A stretch of DNA of 64,000 nt from Syntrophaceae bacterium (lineage in GTDB: Bacteria; Desulfobacterota; Syntrophia; Syntrophales; PHBD01): positions 22,349-86,348 of the forward strand of contig JABLXX010000004.1 in assembly GCA_013177825.1 (NCBI GenBank), given 5' to 3'. How positions within the stretch are numbered: position 1 is the first letter of the stretch; each line of letters opens with the position of its first letter. Positions 10,171-20,452 of the stretch are shown one piece after another. The position numbers and the translations under genes were made by a program. The notes beneath the pieces were generated by a model. It did no database searches. It was not told the DNA's origin and was given only the letters and a program-made list of their open reading frames with translations.

Positions 10171-10855
10171 AAACGGACAGAGGCGAACAATCCCTTCACA
10201 ATCACCGGAGGAGGTCTGGACGACCACCTATGCCTCCCTGGCGATGATCATGGTGGTCTTCTTCGTCATGCTCGTCTCCTACTCCCACGTCTCCGGACGC
10301 TCGGCGGTGCAGATCCGGGCCGCCCTGAGCGGGAAGGGCGATCAGGCCGCCGGAACGGCAGGCCCCGTCGCCCCCGCAGCCGTGACGGTAACGGGCGAGC
10401 AGGAAGCCGTCGCCGGAGCGAGACTCCTGGCGGAGGCGGGGGGTATCCTGCGGGGCGCCCTGGATAAAGCGAATCTGAGCCGGGACGTTGTCCTGGAAAG
10501 GACCCGCTCGGGATGGAGGATGGTCCTGGGCATGAATGCCCTGTTTGACGGCGGCCGGGGGAAGATCCGGGAGTCGATGCACCCCTTCCTCCGGGAGGTG
10601 GGAACTGCCGCGATGAATGGGAATCTGGCCGTCCGCGTCGAGGCCTTCGGTGCCGCCGCAGGAGGCCGGGCAGGATCCTCCTGGGCCGCCCCCTCCCTGC
10701 AGGCCGCGGAGGTGATCGACTTCCTGGAGCGCGACGGAGTCCGTTCTCCCCTGTCCATCCGGGGAAGCAGAGCGGCGCGGCAGGCAACGGGTCCTGCTGC
10801 GGACGCCGGCGGAGAGCTCGTCATTTCCGTTTCCCTGCCGGAGGTGGCACGTTGA
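10163..10855 (+). CDS. MotB-like stator paralog lacking the conserved channel aspartate
   Basis: 230 aa. The TM segment WTTTYASLAMIMVVFFVMLV aligns to MotB W-x4-A-D, but Ser (TCC 10235-10237) replaces the Asp. The OmpA-like C-terminus is degenerate. Overlaps the motA stop. Confidence 0.7.
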   Translation: MNRNGQRRTIPSQSPEEVWTTTYASLAMIMVVFFVMLVSYSHVSGRSAVQIRAALSGKGDQAAGTAGPVAPAAVTVTGEQEAVAGARLLAEAGGILRGALDKANLSRDVVLERTRSGWRMVLGMNALFDGGRGKIRESMHPFLREVGTAAMNGNLAVRVEAFGAAAGGRAGSSWAAPSLQAAEVIDFLERDGVRSPLSIRGSRAARQATGPAADAGGELVISVSLPEVAR

Positions 10856-11580
10856 CCCGACAAGGACGCAGATACCCGGAGGCGGATGATTCCGGGAAAC
10901 GGGCAGACTGGATGGTGACGTTCAACGATCTCATGACGCTGCTCCTGACGTTTTTCATCCTGCTCCTGACGTTCTCCACGCTTCAGCCGGAGAAGGCTTC
11001 CCGGGCGGCCGCATCGGCGGTTTCCGCCCTCGGGGCGGAGCGAATGGGCGGGAATGCGGTGGAGCGGTTTTTCCTGCCGTTCATCCGTCCCCATGTGGAC
11101 CGGGATATCGAGGAACAAAAAGCCCGGAAGAGCTCCGACAGGCCCGGCGGCATCGTCCGGGACCGACAGGCCGCCGTGGCCGCCGCCCTGGCGTCCGTTC
11201 CGGGATCGCGGATTGCCGCCGCGACCGGCGGATTCGTTGTACATCTGCCACTCTCCGGACTGTTCGAGGGGGAAGCCCTCCGGCCGGGAGAGACCTCCCG
11301 GGCGGTTCTCGATCAACTGGCGGCCGTATCGAGGGGCGGCGGGGCATGGATTACCGTAGCGGCTAACGGGGAACAGAGCAGGCCCGGTGAAGCCGGCCGG
11401 AGGGACCGGGAACAGTCGATTCTCCGGTCCGATGCCGTGGCCCGATACCTGAATGAAACGGGAGGGATCCCGGTGGAGAAGATCTCCGTCGCCTGGGCGG
11501 AGACGCCGGGCGAAGGGACGGGCCGGCTGCCCGGCCCGACCGGCGTAGGGATCCGGCTGGCCGTTGCATTTCCCAGGTGA
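10852..11580 (+). CDS. motB: Flagellar stator protein MotB (Asp-containing paralog)
   Basis: 242 aa. ADWMVTFNDLMTLLLTFFILLL carries the conserved Asp (GAT 10927-10929). C-terminal ILRSDAVARYLNETGGIPVEKI is OmpA-like. TTG start overlaps the upstream stop. Confidence 0.8.
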   Translation: MTRQGRRYPEADDSGKRADWMVTFNDLMTLLLTFFILLLTFSTLQPEKASRAAASAVSALGAERMGGNAVERFFLPFIRPHVDRDIEEQKARKSSDRPGGIVRDRQAAVAAALASVPGSRIAAATGGFVVHLPLSGLFEGEALRPGETSRAVLDQLAAVSRGGGAWITVAANGEQSRPGEAGRRDREQSILRSDAVARYLNETGGIPVEKISVAWAETPGEGTGRLPGPTGVGIRLAVAFPR

Positions 11581-11633
11581 GTCCGGCCGACCGACCGCAG
11601 GACAGGAAGAAAAGACAAGATTCTGGAGGATAC

Positions 11634-12125
11634 ATGGCAGCGGACAAGAAAAATCAGGAAGAGACGGAAGAGAAGAAGGACGGGGAACAGAAAAAATCCT
11701 TTCCCGTCAAGGCGATCGTCATCGGCCTTGTGGTGCTGGTCGTACTGGGCGCCGCCGGGGGCGGCGGCTTCTGGTTCTATACCCAGGCCACGACGAAAAA
11801 AGAGGAGGCACCGAAAGCGCCTGTTTCCGTGATGTGGGCTATGGATCCATTCGTCGTCAACCTGATGGACAACGCGGGGGAACGTTACCTGAAGCTGGCC
11901 ATTCAGCTGGAGATCACGGACCCGAAGGGGGTCGCCGAGCTGGATCAGCTGAAGCCCAAGCTCCGGGACAACGTGCTGGATCTCCTGTCCGCCAAATCCG
12001 TGAAGGAGCTGATGGACATGGCGGGAAAGCAGCGCCTGCGGGAGGAGATCGCCATGCGGCTGAACTCCTTCCTGACGACCGGAAAGGTGTCCAAGGTGTA
12101 TTTCACGGAGTTTGTAATCCAGTAA
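11634..12125 (+). CDS. fliL: Flagellar basal-body-associated protein FliL
   Basis: ATG at 11634 with a GGAGG ribosome-binding site. Single TM helix IVIGLVVLVVLGAAGGG. The block FVVNLMDNAGERYLKLAIQLEI...LRDNVLDLLSAKSVKEL...KVYFTEFVIQ is the FliL signature. Confidence 0.9.
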   Translation: MAADKKNQEETEEKKDGEQKKSFPVKAIVIGLVVLVVLGAAGGGGFWFYTQATTKKEEAPKAPVSVMWAMDPFVVNLMDNAGERYLKLAIQLEITDPKGVAELDQLKPKLRDNVLDLLSAKSVKELMDMAGKQRLREEIAMRLNSFLTTGKVSKVYFTEFVIQ

Positions 12126-12222
12126 GAAAGCGGAACGGGACCGGTCCAACCGGGCGGGCGGGACGATCCCGAAGGTAGAGTCGAAACAAGATCGTGCAAT
12201 CCATGCCAAGGTGCTGTGAACG

Positions 12223-13230
12223 ATGTCGCATATCCTGACACAGGAAGAGGTGGATGCCCTCCTGAGGGGCATTTCCGGCGGGGAAATCGAGACGGATGTA
12301 GCGGTCTCCTTCGATCCCAACGATGCGATTCCCTACGACCTGACCAGCCAGGACCGGATCATCCGCGGCCGGATGCCCACCCTGGAGATGATCAACGAGA
12401 AGTTCGCCCGGATGTTCCGGGCGACCCTGTCGTCGCTGCTCCGCCGTGTCGCCAGCGTGAGCGCCGTCTCCGTGGACATGATCAAGTTCGGCGAGTTCCT
12501 CAAGACCCTGCCCGTTCCCACCAGCCTGCACCTGTTCCGGATGGATCCGCTGCGGGGCAACGCCCTCTGCGTCGTGGAAGCCAAGGTCATCTTCATGCTG
12601 GTGGACATTATTTTCGGCGGCACGGGAAAGGATTTTTTCAAGATCGAGGGCCGCGAATTCACCGCTATCGAGAGCAGCGTCATCCGGAAAGTTGTCATCA
12701 ACGCCCTGGAGGACCTGGAAAAGGCCTGGCGGGCCCTGTTGGATGTCAAGATTGTCTACCAGCGGTCGGAGATCAACCCGCAGTTCGTTCAGATCGTCGC
12801 CCCGACGGACGTCGTCGTGGTGATCCAGTTCGAGATCGAGGTGGAATACTCCTCGGGGATCCTGACCCTCTGCATGCCCTATTCGACCCTCGAACCCGTT
12901 CGGGAAAGGCTGCAGGCGGGTTTTCAGAGCGAGCAGCTCGAGGTGGACAAGGGCTGGGTCGACCGGCTCCGGAAAAACATTGCCAAAGCCCGGGCCGAGA
13001 TCGCCGTGGAGCTGGGCGGCACGGAAATATCCGCCCGCGATGTCGTGAACATGAAGCCGGGGGACGTCATCCCCCTGGACCAGTACGCCTCCGACGCCGT
13101 GACGGTGTACGTGGAGGGCATTCCGAAGTACCGGGGTTACCCCGGGATTTTCAAAGGCAACCAAGCCGTCAGGATTTCCGAGGTAGTCCTGACGAAAGGG
13201 GGACAGGACGATGGAGCAGAAGGAAATTGA
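12223..13230 (+). CDS. fliM: Flagellar motor switch protein FliM
   Basis: 335 aa. N-terminal LTQEEVDALL CheY-P binding motif. Middle GGTGKDFFKIEGREFTAIE and a C-terminal SpoA-like domain. Confidence 0.95.
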   Translation: MSHILTQEEVDALLRGISGGEIETDVAVSFDPNDAIPYDLTSQDRIIRGRMPTLEMINEKFARMFRATLSSLLRRVASVSAVSVDMIKFGEFLKTLPVPTSLHLFRMDPLRGNALCVVEAKVIFMLVDIIFGGTGKDFFKIEGREFTAIESSVIRKVVINALEDLEKAWRALLDVKIVYQRSEINPQFVQIVAPTDVVVVIQFEIEVEYSSGILTLCMPYSTLEPVRERLQAGFQSEQLEVDKGWVDRLRKNIAKARAEIAVELGGTEISARDVVNMKPGDVIPLDQYASDAVTVYVEGIPKYRGYPGIFKGNQAVRISEVVLTKGGQDDGAEGN

Positions 13231-13684
13231 CGACCTGCTGAAAGGACTTGATCTGGGAGAGGAAGGCGGCGGCGGCGAAGCGGCGAAGCAGGAGGAGGAG
13301 CTCACCTGGGACGACGTCCAGGAGGAGATGGCCCTCTCGCAGACAAAAAAGCCGGCGGAAGTCAGCGAAGTGAATTTCCGGGAGATCCAGCCCAGCGCCC
13401 AGCCGGCCATGGACCCGAAAAAGTCCCTCGACCTGGATTTCATCCTCGATATTCCGCTGACGCTGAATGTCGAGCTGGGAAGAAACCGGATGCTCATCAG
13501 CGACCTGCTTCAGCTGGGCCAGGGGTCGGTGATCGAGCTGGCCAAACTCGCCGGGGAGCCGATGGATGTGTATGTGAACCAGCGCCTCATTGCCCGGGGG
13601 GAAGTGGTCGTCGTGAATGAGAAATTCGGGATCCGGCTGACGGACATCGTCTCCCCGGTGGACCGGATCAACAACCTCCGCTGA
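13211..13684 (+). CDS. fliN: Flagellar motor switch protein FliN
   Basis: 157 aa. C-terminal SpoA domain [69 protein letters not shown]. Confidence 0.95.
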   Translation: MEQKEIDDLLKGLDLGEEGGGGEAAKQEEELTWDDVQEEMALSQTKKPAEVSEVNFREIQPSAQPAMDPKKSLDLDFILDIPLTLNVELGRNRMLISDLLQLGQGSVIELAKLAGEPMDVYVNQRLIARGEVVVVNEKFGIRLTDIVSPVDRINNLR

Positions 13685-13693
13685 GGTGCGACT

Positions 13694-14080
13694 GTGGACT
13701 TCAGTTTCTTCTCGGCGCTCCTGAAAATGCTCTTCGCCCTGGCAATCGTCCTGGGCCTGCTGATCGGATCCGTCTATTTTCTCAAGAAATTCATGGCTCC
13801 CGTGGGCGGGGGCGACGACGGACAGGCGATCCGGATCCTGGCGACCCGTTCCCTGGGGCCGAAGAGCAGCATCCTGGTGGTGGATATCCTGGGCAAGATT
13901 GTGGCGCTGGGTGTCACCGGTTCCCAGATCTCCGTGATCGCGGATCTGGACGATCCCTCCGCCCTCGAGCGGCTGCGGCCGCGGGGGGGCGCCCCGGTGT
14001 CCCCGCTTCCGGAGACCCTGGACCGGTACCGCAAACTCATAAAATCGTTTGCTTCCTCCAGGAAAGGCGGGAAACCGTGA
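13694..14080 (+). CDS. fliO: Flagellar biosynthesis protein FliO
   Basis: 128 aa. Single N-terminal TM helix, then [33 protein letters not shown], typical of FliO. Sits in the fliN-fliP slot. Confidence 0.8.
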   Translation: MDFSFFSALLKMLFALAIVLGLLIGSVYFLKKFMAPVGGGDDGQAIRILATRSLGPKSSILVVDILGKIVALGVTGSQISVIADLDDPSALERLRPRGGAPVSPLPETLDRYRKLIKSFASSRKGGKP

Positions 14081-14856
14081 ACGGGCGGCGCAGCCGGAAG
14101 GCCTGCATTCTCCTGACCCTGGTCGCGATTCCGGCGGTCATCCTGCTCCTGGCGTCGACGGGAGCGGCGGAACCACTCTCGCTTCCGAACGTCAACCTCC
14201 AGATCGGAGGAACCGCCGATACCCCCGGCAAGACCGCGACGGCATTGCAGCTTCTGTTTCTGCTGACGGTCCTGTCGCTGGCGCCCGCGATCCTCCTGAT
14301 GCTCACGTCCTTTACGCGCATCGTGGTCGTCCTGTCGCTCCTGCGCAATGCCCTGGGGACGCAGCAGATGCCGCCGAACCAGGTTCTGATCGGGCTGGCC
14401 CTGTTCCTGACGTTTTTCATCATGGCTCCCGTCTGGCAGAAGGTCAATGCGGAGGCCCTGCAGCCCTACTACCAGGAAACCATCTCCGGGGAGCAGGCCC
14501 TGGAGCGGGCGGTGGCTCCGGTGAAGGACTTCATGATGAAGCAGACCCGGGAGAAGGACCTAGCCCTTTTCGTTTCCATCTCCAAAGAGAAAAGGCCCGC
14601 CAATCCGCAGGAGGTTTCCCTGACCACGCTGATCCCGGCGTTTATCATCAGCGAGTTGAAGACGGCGTTCCAGATCGGGTTCATGATCTATCTTCCGTTT
14701 TTCGTCATCGACATGGTGATCGCCAGCATCCTCCTCTCCATGGGGATGATGATGCTGCCGCCCATCATGATGAGCTTGCCCTTCAAGCTCCTGCTCTTTG
14801 TGCTGGTGGACGGGTGGTATCTGGTCGTGGGATCCCTGGTGCAGAGTTTCCGGTGA
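14077..14856 (+). CDS. fliP: Flagellar export gate protein FliP
   Basis: 259 aa. Signal peptide, [40 protein letters not shown] and [28 protein letters not shown] motifs. Confidence 0.95.
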   Translation: MNGRRSRKACILLTLVAIPAVILLLASTGAAEPLSLPNVNLQIGGTADTPGKTATALQLLFLLTVLSLAPAILLMLTSFTRIVVVLSLLRNALGTQQMPPNQVLIGLALFLTFFIMAPVWQKVNAEALQPYYQETISGEQALERAVAPVKDFMMKQTREKDLALFVSISKEKRPANPQEVSLTTLIPAFIISELKTAFQIGFMIYLPFFVIDMVIASILLSMGMMMLPPIMMSLPFKLLLFVLVDGWYLVVGSLVQSFR

Positions 14857-14932
14857 CGCCGGCCGAAGGGGGCCGTTCCGGTCAATGACAACAGCCGCCT
14901 CCCCGAGGAGGCCGGGAAGGAGTAAGGAAATC

Positions 14933-15202
14933 ATGAACATCGACTTTGTCGTGGGGGTCATGGCGGAAACCGTGAAGGTTACGCTGCTGGTAGCGGCGCC
15001 GGTCCTGCTGGTCAGCCTGGTGGTGGGGGTCGCCATCAGCCTGTTCCAGGCGCTCACGCAGATTCAGGAAATGACCCTGTCGTTCGTGCCCAAGATCGTC
15101 GCCTGCCTGATCGCCATGGTAGTGGCCCTGCCTTGGATGCTGAGCAACCTGATCACGTTCACCGAAAAGATTTTCAAAGGCATTCCGATGTATATCCGGT
15201 AG
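14933..15202 (+). CDS. fliQ: Flagellar export gate protein FliQ
   Basis: 89 aa from the ATG at 14933 (GGA-rich ribosome-binding site). Two TM helices. LFQALTQIQEMTLSFVPKI is the FliQ signature. The upstream part of the 134-aa track ORF is discarded. Confidence 0.9.
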   Translation: MNIDFVVGVMAETVKVTLLVAAPVLLVSLVVGVAISLFQALTQIQEMTLSFVPKIVACLIAMVVALPWMLSNLITFTEKIFKGIPMYIR

Positions 15203-15232
15203 CGGAGAGCATGGAGGCCGGGGGCATCCGCC

Positions 15233-16012
15233 ATGAACATCCCGATGATCACTCCCGATCAGATCGGAGCCTTCCTCTTCGTCTTCCTGCGCATGAGCGC
15301 CATGATCGCGCTCCTGCCCATTTTCGGCGACCGCCCGGTCCTGCTCCGCGTAAGGGCCGGCCTCTCGCTGATCCTTTCGTTTCTCGTCTTTCCGTTTGTT
15401 GACCCGGGCAATGTGCCGGCCGTTACCGGGAACGTCGTCTCCATGATCCTGTCCTTGGCGGGAGAGGTGCTGGTCGGCGTCATCCTGGGGTTTGCCGTGC
15501 GCTTCGTCTTTGCCGGGATCCAGTATGCGGGCGAACTGGCGGGCCTCCAGATGGGCTTCTATATCGCCAACGTGCTCGATCCCGTGTCGAACGGGCAGGT
15601 GTCCGTCATCGCTGAGATCCAGTACATGATGGCCCTGGTGGTCTTTCTGGTCGTCGACGGCCACCATGTGCTGCTCCAGGCCGTCACGGAGAGTTTCCGG
15701 ATCCTGCCCCTGGGGGGGCTTCACATCTCGGGACCCCTCGTCCAGACGATTTTCGACTGGACCCGCGGGGTGTTTGTCATCGCCCTGAAAATCGGCGCCC
15801 CCATCATGGCGGCCCTGATTTTCACCAACGTGGCCCTCGGCATCGTGGCCCGGACAGTTCCGCAGATCAACGTGTTCATCGTCGGCTTTCCCCTGCAGAT
15901 TGCCGTCGGATTCCTCTTCCTCGGCCTGTCCGTCCCCATCTTCATCACTATGGTGGCACGGCTCTTTTCCCGGATTCCGGGGGAACTGGGTGCGGTTCTC
16001 CGCCTGATGTAG
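15233..16012 (+). CDS. fliR: Flagellar export gate protein FliR
   Basis: 259 aa polytopic membrane protein. FLFVFLRMSAMIALLPIFG and GFPLQIAVGFLFL motifs. Canonical position. Confidence 0.9.
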   Translation: MNIPMITPDQIGAFLFVFLRMSAMIALLPIFGDRPVLLRVRAGLSLILSFLVFPFVDPGNVPAVTGNVVSMILSLAGEVLVGVILGFAVRFVFAGIQYAGELAGLQMGFYIANVLDPVSNGQVSVIAEIQYMMALVVFLVVDGHHVLLQAVTESFRILPLGGLHISGPLVQTIFDWTRGVFVIALKIGAPIMAALIFTNVALGIVARTVPQINVFIVGFPLQIAVGFLFLGLSVPIFITMVARLFSRIPGELGAVLRLM

Positions 16013-16063
16013 ATTCGCTGATTCGTTGACGCTACCGTCAACCGATCGATAGGAGGCGCGGCG

Positions 16064-17134
16064 ATGCCGCCAAACAAGGACGACCAGGAGAGAAACGAAC
16101 GCGCAACCCCACGCAAGCGGGAAGAAGCGCGGAAAAAAGGACAGGTCGCCCGGAGCCGGGAAGTGGTCTCCGCAGCGGTCCTGGCGGCCTGCCTGATCTG
16201 TTTTTACTTTCAAGCCTCCGGGGCGATGGAGCGCATCATGAACCTGATGCGCTCTGCATTCCGGCGCAGCATCGCCGTCACGCTCAGTACGGATACGGTG
16301 CCGGCGCTTTTCGCGCAGACCGTCCTGGAGATGCTGATCCTGCTGGCGCCTCTCTTCCTGACCGTCGTTCTGGCCGGCCTGGCCGCCAACACATTCCAGG
16401 TGGGTTTTCAGATCACCGCGGAAAGCGTGACGCCGAAACTGTCCAAGATCAACCCCCAGGAAGGGTTCAAGCGCCTGTTTTCCCTCCAGTCGGTCATGGA
16501 GCTGGTGAAAAGCGTCATGAAGTTGGCCATTGTCGGTTTTGTGGCGTACCTGGCCATACGGTCGGAGCTGCCCCATCTGATCCCGCTGATGGATCAGGGC
16601 GTGCCCGACATCGTTCGTTTCATCGGGCGGGTGTCCTTCCGGATCCTCGGCACCACGTGCGTCATCCTGGCGGTCCTGGCGGTTCTCGATTATGCCTACC
16701 AGCGGTGGGAGCACGAGCGCAGCCTCCGCATGTCCCGGCAGGAACTGAAGGATGAAACCAAGGAGACAGAAGGGGATCCCCTGATCAAGAGCCGGATCCG
16801 GAGAATACAGCAGGAAATGGCCCGCAAGAGGATGATGGCCGCCGTCCCGAAGGCCGACGTGGTCATTACGAACCCGACCCACCTGGCGGTGGCCATCCGG
16901 TACGATCCCGAGCGCATGGCCGCCCCGACGGTCGTCGCCAAGGGAAAGGGCTTCCTGGCAGCCACCATCCGGGAGGTCGCCGAGAAAAACGGCGTGCCGG
17001 TGGTCGAAAACAAGCCGGTGGCACAAGTATTGTATAAGATGGTTGAGGTAAGCGGGAGCATCCCTGAAAATCTATACCGGGCCGTCGCGGAGATTCTCGC
17101 TTTCGTCTACAGGCTCCGCGAGAACGCGCTCTAA
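16064..17134 (+). CDS. flhB: Flagellar export switch protein FlhB
   Basis: 356 aa. N-terminal DQERNERATPRKREEARKKGQVARSRE. NPTH autocleavage site in VVITNPTHLAVAIRY. C-terminal LYRAVAEILAFVYRL. Confidence 0.95.
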   Translation: MPPNKDDQERNERATPRKREEARKKGQVARSREVVSAAVLAACLICFYFQASGAMERIMNLMRSAFRRSIAVTLSTDTVPALFAQTVLEMLILLAPLFLTVVLAGLAANTFQVGFQITAESVTPKLSKINPQEGFKRLFSLQSVMELVKSVMKLAIVGFVAYLAIRSELPHLIPLMDQGVPDIVRFIGRVSFRILGTTCVILAVLAVLDYAYQRWEHERSLRMSRQELKDETKETEGDPLIKSRIRRIQQEMARKRMMAAVPKADVVITNPTHLAVAIRYDPERMAAPTVVAKGKGFLAATIREVAEKNGVPVVENKPVAQVLYKMVEVSGSIPENLYRAVAEILAFVYRLRENAL

Positions 17135-17149
17135 AAGGAAGACGGAATC

Positions 17150-19258
17150 ATGGAAGCAAGAGTTGCTGCAGTTGCTGATTCGAGCGTCTCGATAGGCGGG
17201 CTCATGAAGAGCTCCAGCGCCGTCCTTGCCTTCGGGGTAGTGGGCATTCTGCTTGTCATGATGGTGCCCCTTCCGACCCTGCTCCTGGACATCCTGTTGT
17301 CCATGAACATCGCCGTTTCCCTCATCATCCTCCTTATGTCCCTGTATGTCCTGCGCCCCCTGGACTTCTCCGTGTTCCCCTCCGTCCTGCTGGTGGTGAC
17401 CCTTCTCAGGCTGTCCCTCAACGTCGCCTCCACCAGGCTCATCCTGCTTCACGGGAGCGAGGGGACCGAGGCGGCCGGCCAGGTCATCAAGGCCTTCGGG
17501 ACCTTTGTCGTGGGGGGGAACTACGTCGTCGGCATCATCGTCTTTTCCGTCCTCGTGCTGATCAACTTCGTGGTCATCACCAAGGGGGCCACGCGGATCG
17601 CCGAAGTGGCCGCCCGCTTTACCCTGGATTCCATGCCAGGCAAGCAGATGAGCATCGACGCCGATCTGAACACCGGCCTGATCAATGACCACGAGGCGCG
17701 CCGGCGCCGCCGGGAACTGGAGGGCGAGGCGAACTTTTACGGATCCATGGACGGCGCCAGCAAGTTCGTCCGGGGCGATGCCATCGCGGGCATCATCATC
17801 GTGCTGGTGAACATTGTCGGCGGCCTGATCATCGGCGTGCTCCAGCAGGGAATGCCCATCGGAGACGCCGCCCGGACCTATACGCTGCTCAGCGTCGGGG
17901 ATGGGTTGGTGACGCAGGTGCCCGCGCTCATCGTTTCCACCGCGGCGGGCATGCTGGTGACCCGGACGGCTGGTTCCGCGGAGCTGGGCCAGGAAATGAG
18001 GATGCAGCTGTTCGCCCAGCCGAAGGCGGTCGCCGCGGCGGCGATCGTGGTTCTCGTTTTCGCCCTCATCCCGGGAATGCCGAAGCAGGCGTTTCTGACC
18101 ATCGCCGCGGCCGTCGGGGCGATCGCCTGGCAACTCTCCCGCATCCGGGTCCAGGAAGAGGCAAAACAGAAAGAAGAAGAACCGGCGGCTCCGCAGGCGG
18201 AGACGGCGCCCCTTCTGGATCCGCTGGATGCACTCGGACTCGAGGTGGGATACGGACTGATTCCCTTTGTCGACGCCTCCCAGGGGGGGGAGCTGTTGCG
18301 CAGGATCCGCATGTTCCGCAAGCAGATCGCCCAGGACATGGGATTCGTCGTTCCATCCATCCACATCCGCGACAACCTGCAGCTCAAGCCCTACGAGTAT
18401 GCGTTCCTGGTCAAGGGGGTCGAAATCGCCCGCGGGGAGATCCTGGCGGGACATCAGCTGGCCATTGTTCAGGACGGCATGAAGATTCGCGTCAAGGGTA
18501 TCGAGACGAAGGAGCCCGCCTTCGGGCTTCCGGCGGTCTGGGTTCCGGACCGCGAGCGGGAGACCCTGCAGGCCCAGGGAATCGTCGTGGTCGATCCCGC
18601 GACGGTGATCACCACGCATCTGACGGAGCTGATCAAGAACAACGTGGACTCGCTCCTGGGGCGCCAGGAAATCCAGGTGCTCCTGGACAGCCTGGCCACG
18701 GCGTCCCCGCGGCTGGTGGAGGACCTGGTTCCGAAGGTCATCCCCGTGGGGACTCTCCAGAAAGTGCTGCAGCGGCTTCTGGGCGAACGGATTTCCATCC
18801 GCGACCTGCAGACGATTCTGGAAACCATGGCAGATTACGTCCCCCTCACAAAAAACGTGGATGTCCTGACCGGGTATGTGCGGCAGGCCCTGTCCCGGGT
18901 CATCACGCGCCAGTACTCGGACGAACGGGGCGGACTCCACGTGATCATGATCTCTCCGGAAATCGAGGAAGGCATCCAGCAGACGCTCCAGCATACGGAG
19001 TTTGAATCCTTCGCCTCCCCGGATCCGCAGATGGTCAGGAAGATCGTCACGAGCATGAAGCGATTCGTTCCTCTTTTCACCGCCCGCGGTTTGCAGCCGG
19101 TCATCCTGTGCTCGCCGACTGTCCGGATCCATCTGAGGAGGATTCTGGAGCGGTTTGTGCCCAACCTGGTTGTCCTGGCCCATAATGAAATCACCCGGGA
19201 CGCAAAACTGACCTCTCTTGGTCTGTTGGAGTTGCACCATGCAAATGAAGCGATATGA
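17150..19258 (+). CDS. flhA: Flagellar export gate protein FlhA
   Basis: 702 aa. FHIPEP-type motifs RFTLDSMPGKQMSIDADL and GSMDGASKFVRGDAIAGIII, plus a cytoplasmic C-domain. Confidence 0.95.
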   Translation: MEARVAAVADSSVSIGGLMKSSSAVLAFGVVGILLVMMVPLPTLLLDILLSMNIAVSLIILLMSLYVLRPLDFSVFPSVLLVVTLLRLSLNVASTRLILLHGSEGTEAAGQVIKAFGTFVVGGNYVVGIIVFSVLVLINFVVITKGATRIAEVAARFTLDSMPGKQMSIDADLNTGLINDHEARRRRRELEGEANFYGSMDGASKFVRGDAIAGIIIVLVNIVGGLIIGVLQQGMPIGDAARTYTLLSVGDGLVTQVPALIVSTAAGMLVTRTAGSAELGQEMRMQLFAQPKAVAAAAIVVLVFALIPGMPKQAFLTIAAAVGAIAWQLSRIRVQEEAKQKEEEPAAPQAETAPLLDPLDALGLEVGYGLIPFVDASQGGELLRRIRMFRKQIAQDMGFVVPSIHIRDNLQLKPYEYAFLVKGVEIARGEILAGHQLAIVQDGMKIRVKGIETKEPAFGLPAVWVPDRERETLQAQGIVVVDPATVITTHLTELIKNNVDSLLGRQEIQVLLDSLATASPRLVEDLVPKVIPVGTLQKVLQRLLGERISIRDLQTILETMADYVPLTKNVDVLTGYVRQALSRVITRQYSDERGGLHVIMISPEIEEGIQQTLQHTEFESFASPDPQMVRKIVTSMKRFVPLFTARGLQPVILCSPTVRIHLRRILERFVPNLVVLAHNEITRDAKLTSLGLLELHHANEAI

Positions 19259-20411
19259 AGTTTCCAGCCTGCAGGAGGCGATGCGCCGGGTCAAGAAGGA
19301 CCTTGGGCCGGAGGCAATCATCCTGTCCACGAAAACCCTGAGGGACTCGAGTCCGCCCCTCCTGGAGGTGGTGGCCGCGCTGGACCGGAAGCAGGAAGAT
19401 GCGCTTCCTTCCTCTACCCGCCTGCAGCATCCGCCCCCCTCCGTCGCCCCCCCGGGCGGCGACGGGATGCCCGACTGGGCCCGCTCCATCACGGGCGAGC
19501 TCCGGGAGTTGAAGGGGATGCTCGGCAACGACCGGACGGACCAGCAGCTCCGGGAGGAGGTGTCGGAAGTCAAGGAAGCCCTCTTTACGCTCTTCGACAT
19601 GCTGGGATTCCGCCATGGGAGCCGCGAACAGTCGCCCTACGGGCGCCTGTATCACCGGCTGCTGGCCAACGGGGTCTCCCGCACGCGGGCCCTCAGGATC
19701 GTCGACGGGGTCCGTCAGGAAGGCGGCGGCACGGAGGAAGACACCTACGAGGCTTCCGTCCGCCGCGCCCGGGAGGCGATTCTTCGGTCCTTGCCCGATG
19801 AGGCGGCGTCCGGAGAGGGTAAGCGTGTGAAGGCGCTCGTGGGGCCGACCGGCGTCGGCAAGACCACGACCCTGGCAAAACTGGCTGCCCGTTTTGCTTT
19901 GGACCAAAAACGGAAGGTCGGCCTGATCACGATGGACACCTACCGCATCGCCTCTGTGGACCAGCTTCAGACCTATGCGGACATCATGAAGCTCCCCCTG
20001 CTGGTCGCCGGGGACGGCGAAAGCTTCCGGGAATCCGTCCGGAACTTCGCGGACCGCGACATCATCCTTGTGGATACGCCGGGGAGAAATCCCGAAGACC
20101 GGGACTATCTGAACGACTTGAAACGGCAGTTCGACGGATCACCCGGTGTGGAAGTGAATCTGCTCCTGACGCCGGCGATGAATAGGGAGGGCCTTCAGGT
20201 AACGGCGGACCGTTTCCGTCTCCTCGATTATGACTCGCTCATCCTGACCAAGCTCGATGAATGTCAGCGCTTCGGCGTGGTGTTCGACATCCTGGAGCAG
20301 GCGGGACGGCCCGTCCGGTATGTGACCTGCGGACAGAACGTACCGCAGGATATCAAGGAAGTCACCCCGGGATCCCTGGCATCGCTGATCCTGGGACATT
20401 CGATCCATTGA
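19239..20411 (+). CDS. flhF: Flagellar placement SRP-type GTPase FlhF
   Basis: P-loop LVGPTGVGKTTTLAKLAA, DTPGRN and TKLDE motifs. The ATG at 19239 overlaps the flhA end; the track start is 19218. Confidence 0.9.
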   Translation: MQMKRYEVSSLQEAMRRVKKDLGPEAIILSTKTLRDSSPPLLEVVAALDRKQEDALPSSTRLQHPPPSVAPPGGDGMPDWARSITGELRELKGMLGNDRTDQQLREEVSEVKEALFTLFDMLGFRHGSREQSPYGRLYHRLLANGVSRTRALRIVDGVRQEGGGTEEDTYEASVRRAREAILRSLPDEAASGEGKRVKALVGPTGVGKTTTLAKLAARFALDQKRKVGLITMDTYRIASVDQLQTYADIMKLPLLVAGDGESFRESVRNFADRDIILVDTPGRNPEDRDYLNDLKRQFDGSPGVEVNLLLTPAMNREGLQVTADRFRLLDYDSLILTKLDECQRFGVVFDILEQAGRPVRYVTCGQNVPQDIKEVTPGSLASLILGHSIH

Positions 20412-20452
20412 CGGGGGAACGCTTGGACCAGGCGGCAACACTCAGGCAGGCT

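Noticed and set aside
14882-17026. 714-aa minus-strand ORF. Similar long antisense ORFs occur at 2813-4270, 6161-7921, 8036-9220, 12103-13497, 17072-19600, 22033-23262, 23105-24607 and 43942-46716.
   Set aside because: Each lies exactly opposite a + strand gene with unmistakable family motifs (fliQ/R/flhB, flhA, fliI, flgE, fliM, HD-GYP and others). Their translations are Arg/Gly/His/Pro/Asp-rich with no recognisable motifs. This is the usual stop-codon-poor antisense frame of a high-GC genome.
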